Source: a virus
Taxonomy: Duplodnaviria > Caudoviricetes
Length of the DNA stretch: 30,723 nt
Strand: one strand, 5' to 3'
IMG/VR virus record: IMGVR_UViG_3300006641_001656
Span: 1-30,723 of that record
Both the position numbers and the translations under genes were made by a program. Positions within the stretch are counted from its first letter, which is position 1. Each line of letters begins with the position of its first letter. Of the stretch, positions 1 through 9,292 are shown piece by piece. The notes below the pieces were generated by a model, which saw nothing but the letters and a program-made list of their open reading frames with translations, made no database searches and was not told where the DNA came from.

Positions 1-1
1 G

Positions 2-3000
2 GATACAGAAAATAGATGGTCGATAGCTGATAATCCTAGTTTTTCCGTAGAGATGTGGTTCAAGCCAGCTTCTACCCTTGTGGACCCGCAATTTCAAAGT
101 AGAGAAGTTATATTATTATATAAAAGCTCGAAAAAATATTTGCTTAATCAACCCGGTGCTGTCGATACCCCAGAGTGGATATTATCTGTTCAATTTGGAA
201 TTCCAACATTTACTATTTTCAATAGTCGCAATAATTTATATGGAAGAGCCTACGAGAAAACTAATGTATTTCTTGAAGCGCAATCTTATACCGCTATTGC
301 TCAAGATGTTTGGCATCACATTGTAGCAACGTATGACGGTGGTTCGGTGTCACTTTATGTAGACAATGAACTCGTAGGCAGCAGCAATACCACAAATGGT
401 ATGCTGTCAGACCTATGCAGTAGTTATATGTGCATTGGAGCTAGATATTTTACATATACTGCCGTACCGGGACCGGAAACGTCTCCAACGACTAATTTCT
501 TGGGAACTATAGATGAGGTACTCATTTATAATGATACCCTTTCTATGTCTGATGTTAGTCAAAGATGGAAGTCAGGTTCTTTGAATGTTAGCAACAGAGT
601 GAATACAGTTCGTAAATATTTTAATATATCGGATATATCTGGTAACGATTTTAATGGATATTTAATCAACCCATCGGGCATTGAATTTCGACAAGCTTCT
701 ATTTCATCTTCCTATTCTCCACTGTCAGGAAGGATAGATGGTGGAAGTTTCTACTTTAAAAATGGTACTTCTATTATTGATGGCGGATACCTTACATCAA
801 ATAAAACGTCAACGGGAACATCTGTCTTTAATGGAACTAATAACTTAACAGTAAGCGCATGGGTTTATGTTACTGCAGCTAATGCCACTGGCTCTGAAAC
901 TATTGAGATGATAGCAGCAGTTGGCCAAGATTCTGATAATAATGGTTTTGCAGATAATGGAACGGCAGCTAGTAATGCTTGGTACCTGACTTTACGAAAG
1001 CAGCCCAGTAATGGTGCCGTATTAGTTAGTGCTTCTATTAATAACAATGGAACCAATCCGATAGCGACGACAGCTGCTGGAATCTCATTAAATCAATGGC
1101 ATCATATTGTTATGACTGTCGATAGTTCTAATCGAGTTGTAATTATGGTTGATGGCAACTATACATCTCCGACTGTAAGTGCAGCTTCAACAACTACTAT
1201 GAATACCAACCCTGCTTGGAAATTATTTATTGGCGGCAGGCAATCAACTACTGCGACAGATCCAACATTCGGTGAGCGTTGTAGGAACACTTACATTAGT
1301 GAACTTGCTATTTTTAATGCTAAGACTGATATAAGAGGATGGGCTACCTTATATAGATCTGCCACTTTATCCAATAATATTAAAAACTCTAGTAAATTTT
1401 ATAATGCAGATCAGGTTATCAATGGACAGAATGAACATACTGTTACATGGGCTGTGTTGGACGCATTAGATGAAAATGGCAATGTAATCACAGCTAACGG
1501 CGATTATTACGTATCGGAACGGCAGGAAACTTTGCGGGTTACCGATTACGAATACGGCTGGTGGTCGAAAAATAAATCTGACGGCTCTGGCAACTTCGCG
1601 GCTAATTCAAAGCCGATGTTATATATTACTTTTGATCCTATATTCGCCAGTCATATTGATGTCTATAGCTCTACTAAGTACGGCCGCATTAAATCCGGCA
1701 ACGTCTACTATCAGGCAGAGGACGGTACGTGGTCAGCGGCCCAAGCATTCACTTTAACATCATCTAGTACATCTATTGTCTTAAGTGGTGGTGGAGCAAC
1801 CAAAATTAAGGCAATTTTACTGATAGTGGACTCCACGCAATATGCCAACGATGTCGCTAGAATTCAAGAGTTTAGTCCCCGGTGGACTGAGATTATTGCT
1901 AATGATCCGATCGCTGAAGTAGACCAGCTCAATCATTTTGATGTCGTTTCTATGGACATCTCCAAGGTTAGAGAAAATACAGACTCGTCTGTACCTCTCG
2001 GAGCCACGGCTTCTAATACGTGCAACCTTGTATTGGATAATACAGATCTCCAGTTTAATCCCGAAAATACTGGTAGTGACTACTATGGCCTGATGACGCC
2101 GGGCGTAAAGTTTACTGTAGGATATAAGTATCTTGTGGCGGCGAATACTTATCAACTTATAAAGCAGGGAACATTTTACTCCGATACATGGGCAATTGAT
2201 TCAGATAACATGACGGTATCAGTATCTTGTCGAGACTATAGCGGCAAAATGCAAGATTCTAATATCGTAGATGGATATTTAGCTAGTGACGTTACCGCAT
2301 CAGAAGCTATAGCTGAATTAGCCGCTAGAGCTGGCGTTCCTATTTCAAAAATTAATGTTGATTATAATTATCTTAAAACTGTATTAAGAGATAGGCCGGA
2401 TGCATTTTGGCGGTTCAACGAAACCACATTACAGCCATTTTCTTTATACTTTAATGGTTTCACATATCTATATAGTCACCCATTTGCAGATATGCTCGCT
2501 AGCTCAGCGGGAACTGACACGCCAGTTGTGGGAACAAAGAAAAATACAACTACAGCATCTAGGCGTGTTCTTCCCAAGACTTTTTATGATTTTCCTTTTT
2601 CGGAATCAACAATTGAGTTTTGGATTAAAACAAGTAGTACATCACATGGAAAAACTATTTTAAATTACGCTACCAAGAGATACGCCAATGAATTAAGGGT
2701 AAACTTGTCAGCGACAGGACAGATTACTACTAAAATACAAACATATGCCCCGGGAACATCAGATACAGCTCTTGGAGTTTCTAGCACAGCCACTGTTAGC
2801 GATGGATTATGGCATCATGTAGCTATTGTTATAGACCCAGCGGCTAGTGCTATTAATGGCAATGCTAATATTAGATATATTATTGATGGAGTTTTGGATG
2901 CCAGCGGTGATGTTGCATTTGTGCCCTTCAAGCCATCTGGTCAGTTTTTACTGGGGGCTGGATTTATCACTTCTACCATCTCTGGCAGCATTGCTACTAG

Positions 3001-6000
3001 CCCTCATACATTAAACACTAGTTCTCTCTTCACTGGTCATCTGCGAGAAGTGAAGATATGGGCTACGGCGAGAAGCCTGAATCAAATTACATCGTCATAC
3101 TCAGCCCCATATCAAAATCAAAAAAGCGGCACATATAGTTCTAATATCTATAAAAATATGATATCAGCATCCAATCCCGTGGGCTATTGGCCGCTTGATA
3201 CTAGACTAAATACAGCCACAACTGGGGCCTTCATCCGAGACATCTCTGGGTATGAGCGCAATGGCACGACTAATGTAGCTGGGTTGTCGTCAGTTGACGG
3301 GCCTATTTTGACAGAAGATAGCAGCCGAGCATTAAGTTTCGGGGCCAGTGCTTCATATATTTCTGTCACTAATAATTTAGATGCTACAAATACCGTGGTC
3401 CAGACTGTTCCATTCGAGGGAACAGTCGGCGGGAATGCAGCCGCTACTGCATATAATTTCAGTATTTTCTCATCATACCTAGTTGCCAAGCCCAACACAC
3501 TTGATGCTTCTTTTTCTATGGAGTTTTGGATTAAACCAACGTCCTTACCAGCTAGCACTCAGACTATTTTAAGTAAATACTCCAACTCGCTAGCAAATCA
3601 AAAGGAATGGGTCGTCTCGTTAACATCAGCCGGGTTAATTGAATTAATGCTTTTTAACTCCACTGGGGCAACGTCATTTATCTTCAGCAGTTCTGCCGCA
3701 TATAATAATCCAGTAGTTGCAAATAAATGGTCGCATGTTGTAATCACTCTTTCCGGCCAGAAGATTCAGTTTTATATCAACGGCAGGGAGGCATCTGCCG
3801 GGTCAACTATAGCAGCCAATCAGACATATATGGAGCAATCACTTACTTATGCGCCAACATCGCCATTGCGAATTGGAGCGGCTGATACCTTGGGGAATCC
3901 GCTGACAAATACAGCCATTGCTCACGTTGCGCTCTATAGAAGGCCACTGCCCGCCGAGGAGATTTACAGTCACTACAGCAAGGCTGGATATTCTGGCAAT
4001 AATACTCCTGTATCTAGCAATGGTAATTTAGCATTTTATTGGCCAATGAATCAAGGTCGATTTTTCTCCTTTGAAGACTTAAAAAACTTTGGTTATGCAT
4101 ATACAGCTGCCGGAAAAATCAAGCAAAACATTGTACCAAATGTAACTAAATTTACTAATCATCTGTATGCCTATACCTCAAGCTCAACTAATAATACCAT
4201 CGGCCCATCACTGTGGAAAAATAGTGGGCTAATGGCCGTTACTGACCATGCAGGTCGCAGCAATTATTTGACATATAGAGTTGGTGCTTCTGGCGATACT
4301 CCGGTGCCATATAATGAAATGGACAGCACTAAGTGGCCGACATTTAATGCCGCTAGCCCAATCACATCTGAAGTTGAAACTTCTACCAAATTTAATAGTG
4401 CATCATTACATGCTGCGTATATGAATGCCTCTCCATCGCTGCCTTTATATCCAACAGCCACGCAGTCGTTCTCCGCTGAAATGTGGTTTAAGCCTACATC
4501 GGTCAGTACACAGCAATATTTGCTTGTGCATGAAAATATAGGTGTAGCTGCGGCGACGGGAACTTGGAGAATATACCTAGACGCTGATGGTCGCATTAAG
4601 TTTAATGCTACAGGATTAACATTTACTCCATCGGTAACTCAATCTGTTATTTCTAATAATGTATGGCATCACGTGGTTGCTATCTTTACATTCTCTGGAG
4701 CGACAACATCAGTTACTATATATTTAAATGGTTCTCCATATGTAGTCTATACAGCAACTGGAACTCTGACAACAGCGTCAGTTAAAACTATTATAGGAGC
4801 ACAAGGCTCTTCTACTTTAAATAGTTTTAATGGCTTCATTTCTAATGTGGCTATTTACAATCGTATTTTAACTACTGTTCAAATTGGGTTACACTACGAA
4901 CGAGGCAGGAGTCTTTATCAATATGTGTTTCCTAATTTGGCGGTATCTAGCGATTCTTTCTGGGCAGAGATGCTGAAGATAGCCACTGCAGATATAGGGA
5001 TGTTCTTCTTTGATGAAAACAATAATTTTACATACGAACACGGTAGGTCATATGATGATTCTATAGACAGTCAACATGCAGTCGTTCAATATGAAATTAA
5101 TGACGGCGACTTTGCATCAGCTTCATCTAATAAATCTATTGTCTCAGGCTCTCAGAATATTGATCTGCAAGTCAATAAAATTATAGTCAAGGTCTATTCA
5201 GCACTATCTGTGTCGGCACGTACTACTGGTATCTGGGCAGCAGAGAGCGGAACGTCGTTAGCGGTGTGTAAACTTAATTCGAGCCTATCGAGTAATGCGA
5301 CAGATGTCATTTCTTTGTCTTTAACGTTAAATCCAGCAGGAATATATGAACCCCTGTGGCCCGATAGCGGTATCGTAAAAATTGACAATGAATTCATTAA
5401 ATATAGTAAAACTGCTGGTAGTTCCTTGCTGTCTCTGGAGCGCGGATACTGGGGCAGTACCCCGCAGCCTCATGCTGCTGGTGCGGTCGTAAAAGAAGCT
5501 AGAGAATTCAATCTTGAGTGGTCGTCTCAGCCTGTATTTTTTGTAAGTTATCCATTTATTACAGGAGTCATATATGATAAAACGCTTGTGGCCTCTAATT
5601 GGAGATTTAATGGTGTCAATGGATACATCAGATTATACCCGTCAGATAATGTTGTCCCTAGCAATAAATATGTGGTGGTGGAAGGCAACAATCCTGTAAC
5701 TAAATTGGATAACTATTTCCATGTTGCTGGTTATGTTATAGAGAATAAAGAAAAGAATAAACAAAATATTATTGAGGTATCTGAGGATTATAAAGATAAC
5801 ATCAGAAGATACGGCGAAAAGGTGCTTGAAATTGATAATCCATTAATCCAAGATGCAGCCTATGCCAAAGACTTAGCTCAATTTTTACTGAAAAAATATA
5901 GTAATCCAGTACCCGTGATAGATATCAAAACTTTGGGCTTGCCTCATCTGCAGCTGGGTGATAGAATCAAGATTAACCTCCTACAGCGTCTTTCCATAGA

Positions 6001-6085
6001 TAATGGAGAGTATTGGGTGATGTCAATTAGTCAAAGCTACAATGGGGGCATCGAACAGTCGATGACACTAAGGAAGGTTTCTTAA
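2..6085 (+). CDS. Large baseplate-hub/tail adhesin protein with at least 5 LamG (concanavalin A-like) domains; 5'-truncated
   Basis: The frame is open from nt 2 (DTENRWSIADNPSFSVEMWFKP), so the ATG at 53 is internal. Five LamG signatures are present (SFSxExWxKP; W(H/S)H(I/V)xx; IDEVLIY/ISELAIF/LREVKIW/IAHVALY/ISNVAIY). Tail-hub-like scaffold segments: LVLDNTDLQFNP, GTFYSDTW..VSCRD, GMFFFDENNNFTY, IRRYGEK..IDNPLIQ, GLPHLQLGDRI. Confidence 0.85.
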   Translation, partial: DTENRWSIADNPSFSVEMWFKPASTLVDPQFQSREVILLYKSSKKYLLNQPGAVDTPEWILSVQFGIPTFTIFNSRNNLYGRAYEKTNVFLEAQSYTAIAQDVWHHIVATYDGGSVSLYVDNELVGSSNTTNGMLSDLCSSYMCIGARYFTYTAVPGPETSPTTNFLGTIDEVLIYNDTLSMSDVSQRWKSGSLNVSNRVNTVRKYFNISDISGNDFNGYLINPSGIEFRQASISSSYSPLSGRIDGGSFYFKNGTSIIDGGYLTSNKTSTGTSVFNGTNNLTVSAWVYVTAANATGSETIEMIAAVGQDSDNNGFADNGTAASNAWYLTLRKQPSNGAVLVSASINNNGTNPIATTAAGISLNQWHHIVMTVDSSNRVVIMVDGNYTSPTVSAASTTTMNTNPAWKLFIGGRQSTTATDPTFGERCRNTYISELAIFNAKTDIRGWATLYRSATLSNNIKNSSKFYNADQVINGQNEHTVTWAVLDALDENGNVITANGDYYVSERQETLRVTDYEYGWWSKNKSDGSGNFAANSKPMLYITFDPIFASHIDVYSSTKYGRIKSGNVYYQAEDGTWSAAQAFTLTSSSTSIVLSGGGATKIKAILLIVDSTQYANDVARIQEFSPRWTEIIANDPIAEVDQLNHFDVVSMDISKVRENTDSSVPLGATASNTCNLVLDNTDLQFNPENTGSDYYGLMTPGVKFTVGYKYLVAANTYQLIKQGTFYSDTWAIDSDNMTVSVSCRDYSGKMQDSNIVDGYLASDVTASEAIAELAARAGVPISKINVDYNYLKTVLRDRPDAFWRFNETTLQPFSLYFNGFTYLYSHPFADMLASSAGTDTPVVGTKKNTTTASRRVLPKTFYDFPFSESTIEFWIKTSSTSHGKTILNYATKRYANELRVNLSATGQITTKIQTYAPGTSDTALGVSSTATVSDGLWHHVAIVIDPAASAINGNANIRYIIDGVLDASGDVAFVPFKPSGQFLLGAGFITSTISGSIATSPHTLNTSSLFTGHLREVKIWATARSLNQITSSYSAPYQNQKSGTYSSNIYKNMISASNPVGYWPLDTRLNTATTGAFIRDISGYERNGTTNVAGLSSVDGPILTEDSSRALSFGASASYISVTNNLDATNTVVQTVPFEGTVGGNAAATAYNFSIFSSYLVAKPNTLDASFSMEFWIKPTSLPASTQTILSKYSNSLANQKEWVVSLTSAGLIELMLFNSTGATSFIFSSSAAYNNPVVANKWSHVVITLSGQKIQFYINGREASAGSTIAANQTYMEQSLTYAPTSPLRIGAADTLGNPLTNTAIAHVALYRRPLPAEEIYSHYSKAGYSGNNTPVSSNGNLAFYWPMNQGRFFSFEDLKNFGYAYTAAGKIKQNIVPNVTKFTNHLYAYTSSSTNNTIGPSLWKNSGLMAVTDHAGRSNYLTYRVGASGDTPVPYNEMDSTKWPTFNAASPITSEVETSTKFNSASLHAAYMNASPSLPLYPTATQSFSAEMWFKPTSVSTQQYLLVHENIGVAAATGTWRIYLDADGRIKFNATGLTFTPSVTQSVISNNVWHHVVAIFTFSGATTSVTIYLNGSPYVVYTATGTLTTASVKTIIGAQGSSTLNSFNGFISNVAIYNRILTTVQIGLHYERGRSLYQYVFPNLAVSSDSFWAEMLKIATADIGMFFFDENNNFTYEHGRSYDDSIDSQHAVVQYEINDGDFASASSNKSIVSGSQNIDLQVNKIIVKVYSALSVSARTTGIWAAESGTSLAVCKLNSSLSSNATDVISLSLTLNPAGIYEPLWPDSGIVKIDNEFIKYSKTAGSSLLSLERGYWGSTPQPHAAGAVVKEAREFNLEWSSQPVFFVSYPFITGVIYDKTLVASNWRFNGVNGYIRLYPSDNVVPSNKYVVVEGNNPVTKLDNYFHVAGYVIENKEKNKQNIIEVSEDYKDNIRRYGEKVLEIDNPLIQDAAYAKDLAQFLLKKYSNPVPVIDIKTLGLPHLQLGDRIKINLLQRLSIDNGEYWVMSISQSYNGGIEQSMTLRKVS

Positions 6086-7059
6086 TGCAGGATTATATTC
6101 CGGTAACATGGTCATCTGAACCTCTCTCGTTAGAGAAAATGCAGAATATGATTCAGAATGATCAAAGTATATTAGAAGAACTAGAGGCGAAACCTCGCGG
6201 TATCATTGGCTATGCTGAATTAACGACATATGCTTCGAATGATGAAAAAGCCGGATATAGAGATGTAAACTTAAACGGATTCTTTCTGTCCCCGCCAGAC
6301 TTCACTGCATCGACTAATAAAAATACAGCTATTAAGGAATGGACGAGAGTTGTAGATAACTGGAAAATTAATCCCAATGGACTATCTGCTCATGTAAATG
6401 TAGAATCAGCAAGGATGCTTCATTTAGAGTTATATATCCCTATCCTTTATCACGTCAATCCGTCTCCATCAACGGGCTCAGAAGCATCAAACTGGGGAAT
6501 TCAGGGTTTTAAGATTACAAGAGATGGCGTTGATATTTCTGGGGAATCGCTGACTGATATCTGGACCAGCCGAGGCACGACCAGCAAGTCCATTCATTCG
6601 TTTTATTTTGACTGTTATGATGTTGGCGCCACTCCGGGTCCTCACTTATATGAGGTCATGTGGAAGTCTGAAAATGGACTCCACATTGCTATCTGGGAGC
6701 AGATGCGAAACACCTTCACAACACTCCCAGACGCCACCTATGAGCCTGACCAAGTTACATATCTCGGTAATGACGCCGGTAGCGCGCAGCAAAATTGGGG
6801 TAGATATAATATTTCAGACTTCGCATTACCTAGAGATAATGCACAGTCTTATAAAGACCCAGATGGTACGGGGGATTCAGTTTTGAGTGCCGATGCTATA
6901 TGGGGTGCAAGTAAACCTACCGTAAATGCCCCGTTTGCCGGTGGAATGCCAACAGCGCAGTTCATCATCACAGATTGCGGCAGTCAAACGTCGATTATCA
7001 TCAATAGAGAAGATGATACAATGATACAGGATAATACAAATGCAGAACCAACAGCCTAA
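6085..7059 (+). CDS. Putative minor tail/receptor-binding protein (paralog 1 of 3)
   Basis: TAATG coupling to the tail gene. N-terminus (VTW..PLS...MQNMIQND...RGIIG) is shared with the next two ORFs. Beta-rich composition. Confidence 0.6.
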   Translation: MQDYIPVTWSSEPLSLEKMQNMIQNDQSILEELEAKPRGIIGYAELTTYASNDEKAGYRDVNLNGFFLSPPDFTASTNKNTAIKEWTRVVDNWKINPNGLSAHVNVESARMLHLELYIPILYHVNPSPSTGSEASNWGIQGFKITRDGVDISGESLTDIWTSRGTTSKSIHSFYFDCYDVGATPGPHLYEVMWKSENGLHIAIWEQMRNTFTTLPDATYEPDQVTYLGNDAGSAQQNWGRYNISDFALPRDNAQSYKDPDGTGDSVLSADAIWGASKPTVNAPFAGGMPTAQFIITDCGSQTSIIINREDDTMIQDNTNAEPTA

Positions 7060-7951
7060 CTTAGCAACTTTTACCAAACTAGATGATAAATTGCTGCAAA
7101 CTATGAGCGATAATGATGACTCTATTCGTAATGAGTTAAACTCACGCGCTCGCGGTATTGTTGGACTAGGTATATGTAACGGACTCCAGTCTTCAACTGT
7201 TAACTATAGTTCCTCCTTTGGCAATTATACTCAGTGGACTTCATCTGGATGGATAGATGTCCAGTTCGCAGAACCTTTAAGTTCATCGTCTATATCTGTT
7301 AATTTTGAAGCTAATAGATATTATAAATTTATGATGCATTTTGACTATGCATGGGCAGCCAATAACTATGTTAATGCTAACAATGGACATACTGGACGCA
7401 TCGAAGTAAGATTAAGAGATATCACCCATCGACACGATTTATTGTATTGGACTAACTATATAGATCCAGATTATAATATGGGTGGTGTAAATGGTACCAA
7501 CTATTATTTACGAGAGTATAATGGACCAACAGGCACTGCTTATAATACCAATGTTAACATTTGGGCTTGGGGTGATGAATCAGCTAAAGGCTCAGTCCCA
7601 AGCTCATGTCACGCGGTAAGGGCTATGGCAGCTAAGACTAGTGGTAATGCCATTATTAAAGCTCAATTTAGACCAATGAATGCTTACGGTGGCGTTGTCC
7701 CACCGGAATTGATGGACTGTACCGCTGGCCACCCGGCAACAAATCTCCCTACTCAGTATAAGACATCTGCGGCAACATTCAATACAGAAGCAATTAATCA
7801 GTTTATGGGTTACGTATCAGTCGAAGATTGCGGAATCGCTGAAAAACCAGCTGGTGCTCAGCCGGGCGTTATGAACGATATCTCCGTAGCGCCATTCTTT
7901 GAATCATTTGAAAATCATCCATATGATAGCGCTAACCCGGAGAGGCCATAA
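7040..7951 (+). CDS. Putative minor tail/receptor-binding protein (paralog 2 of 3)
   Basis: N-terminal LQTMSDND..I..EL....RGIVG and C-terminal VEDCG match the upstream ORF (MQNMIQND..I..EL....RGIIG; ITDCG). Confidence 0.6.
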   Translation: MQNQQPNLATFTKLDDKLLQTMSDNDDSIRNELNSRARGIVGLGICNGLQSSTVNYSSSFGNYTQWTSSGWIDVQFAEPLSSSSISVNFEANRYYKFMMHFDYAWAANNYVNANNGHTGRIEVRLRDITHRHDLLYWTNYIDPDYNMGGVNGTNYYLREYNGPTGTAYNTNVNIWAWGDESAKGSVPSSCHAVRAMAAKTSGNAIIKAQFRPMNAYGGVVPPELMDCTAGHPATNLPTQYKTSAATFNTEAINQFMGYVSVEDCGIAEKPAGAQPGVMNDISVAPFFESFENHPYDSANPERP

Positions 7952-8853
7952 TGTATAAAACAGTTAGGTGGGCACCAAGCTCACCACTCACATCGACAGC
8001 TTTATCTCAGATGGTGGAAAATGATAAAGAAAATTATCTAGCGGCATTGTGCTCTTCTGGCCCAGCCTTGGCTCTAGCTTCGATGACACAAAGATTTGAA
8101 GCTATGCCGGGCAATAGACCCACTAGAATCCCTGCTTTGTCTATCGAATTCTTTCGTGCTCCGTACACTGGGTGGTATAAAGTACATTTTTCTTGTCAGT
8201 CTGCCAAGCAGGAGGTCACCACAACAAGACCCGATGATTCCATTGCTGGAACGATTATTCGTGACGGATATCATTTTGTTGTGACATATAAGAGAAGTGG
8301 AAGATACCCTTCGACTACCCAGTATGATGCTATCACAAATGAGTCATTGTACAGCGTTCAAGTAGCGCCCAGTAGCCCTTATATCGGTAACGTAGTAGCA
8401 AGAGCATCGTTTGTTGCATCAGGCATATCTGCCCCAGCTCAGGCTTCGGGGTATGTATGGTTAGAACGTGGTATCACAGTAGGATGGCATGTCTATACGT
8501 ATATCTCCAATAACAATTATGATCTGATGGGTGGTGACTTAAGACAATTCGGTAGAATCATCATGAATGATATTTCACCATCTGATACAAGAATGGGATA
8601 CGGTTCACCTAGATTGTATAACTATGGCACTGGAGGCTCTACGCCCGGAACGGCAACAGACGGTGTTCAGTCCGGTAGAGTAATTAGTGCTGTAGCTACA
8701 CCTAATCAAAATCCCTTAAGAAAATCTTTCCTTATGGTGCAATTCGTTGGCACCGGAGGTATGCCGGGAGTAAAGTATAATCCGAATCTAGAAGCTGAGC
8801 TTAATAATGCTAATACTGTTGATAATTTAAATAATATCAATGAGGTTTATTGA
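7951..8853 (+). CDS. Putative minor tail/receptor-binding protein (paralog 3 of 3, most diverged)
   Basis: TAATG coupling. N-terminus YKTVRW..SPLT...LSQMVEND resembles YIPVTW.SEPLS...MQNMIQND. Similar length (about 300 aa). Confidence 0.55.
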   Translation: MYKTVRWAPSSPLTSTALSQMVENDKENYLAALCSSGPALALASMTQRFEAMPGNRPTRIPALSIEFFRAPYTGWYKVHFSCQSAKQEVTTTRPDDSIAGTIIRDGYHFVVTYKRSGRYPSTTQYDAITNESLYSVQVAPSSPYIGNVVARASFVASGISAPAQASGYVWLERGITVGWHVYTYISNNNYDLMGGDLRQFGRIIMNDISPSDTRMGYGSPRLYNYGTGGSTPGTATDGVQSGRVISAVATPNQNPLRKSFLMVQFVGTGGMPGVKYNPNLEAELNNANTVDNLNNINEVY

Positions 8854-9287
8854 TGGGCAGCCTGATATCTAAAAGAAAAGACATTAAGTGGGGTAAAACC
8901 GCTATGTCTGGAACCAACAATCCCAACTTTACCGGTGGGAAATATATAGACGACAAAGGTTACATAAGGGTGCTCCGCCCAGATCATCCATATCATAATC
9001 ATGGTTATATCTACGAGCACCGGCTAGTTATGGAGGAATATTTCCAGAGATATCTAGAGCCTTGGGAATCAGTTCACCACATCAATGAAGTCAAACTAGA
9101 CAACCGCCTAGAAAATTTATTTTTAACGACCCGAGAAGAACATTCGACTTTGCACGGCGAAGGAAGAGTGCTATCATTAGAGCGCCGCTCAGCGCAGCGT
9201 AAAAAAATTCGAGAAAAGCGCAAGGAAGACGGCTTCCCGCAGAGAGACAATTCGGGACGATTTATCAAACTAGAAAAGGATGAATAA
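8853..9287 (+). CDS. HNH endonuclease (HNH_3/phage homing type)
   Basis: YEHRLVME...VHHINEVKLDNRLENL...EH motif with upstream GYIRV. The ATG at 8853 overlaps the previous TGA. Confidence 0.9.
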   Translation: MGSLISKRKDIKWGKTAMSGTNNPNFTGGKYIDDKGYIRVLRPDHPYHNHGYIYEHRLVMEEYFQRYLEPWESVHHINEVKLDNRLENLFLTTREEHSTLHGEGRVLSLERRSAQRKKIREKRKEDGFPQRDNSGRFIKLEKDE

Positions 9288-9292
9288 AATTT

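Noticed and set aside
6085-8853. Diversity-generating retroelement targets
   Set aside because: No reverse transcriptase and no TR/VR near-identical nucleotide repeat were seen in the window.
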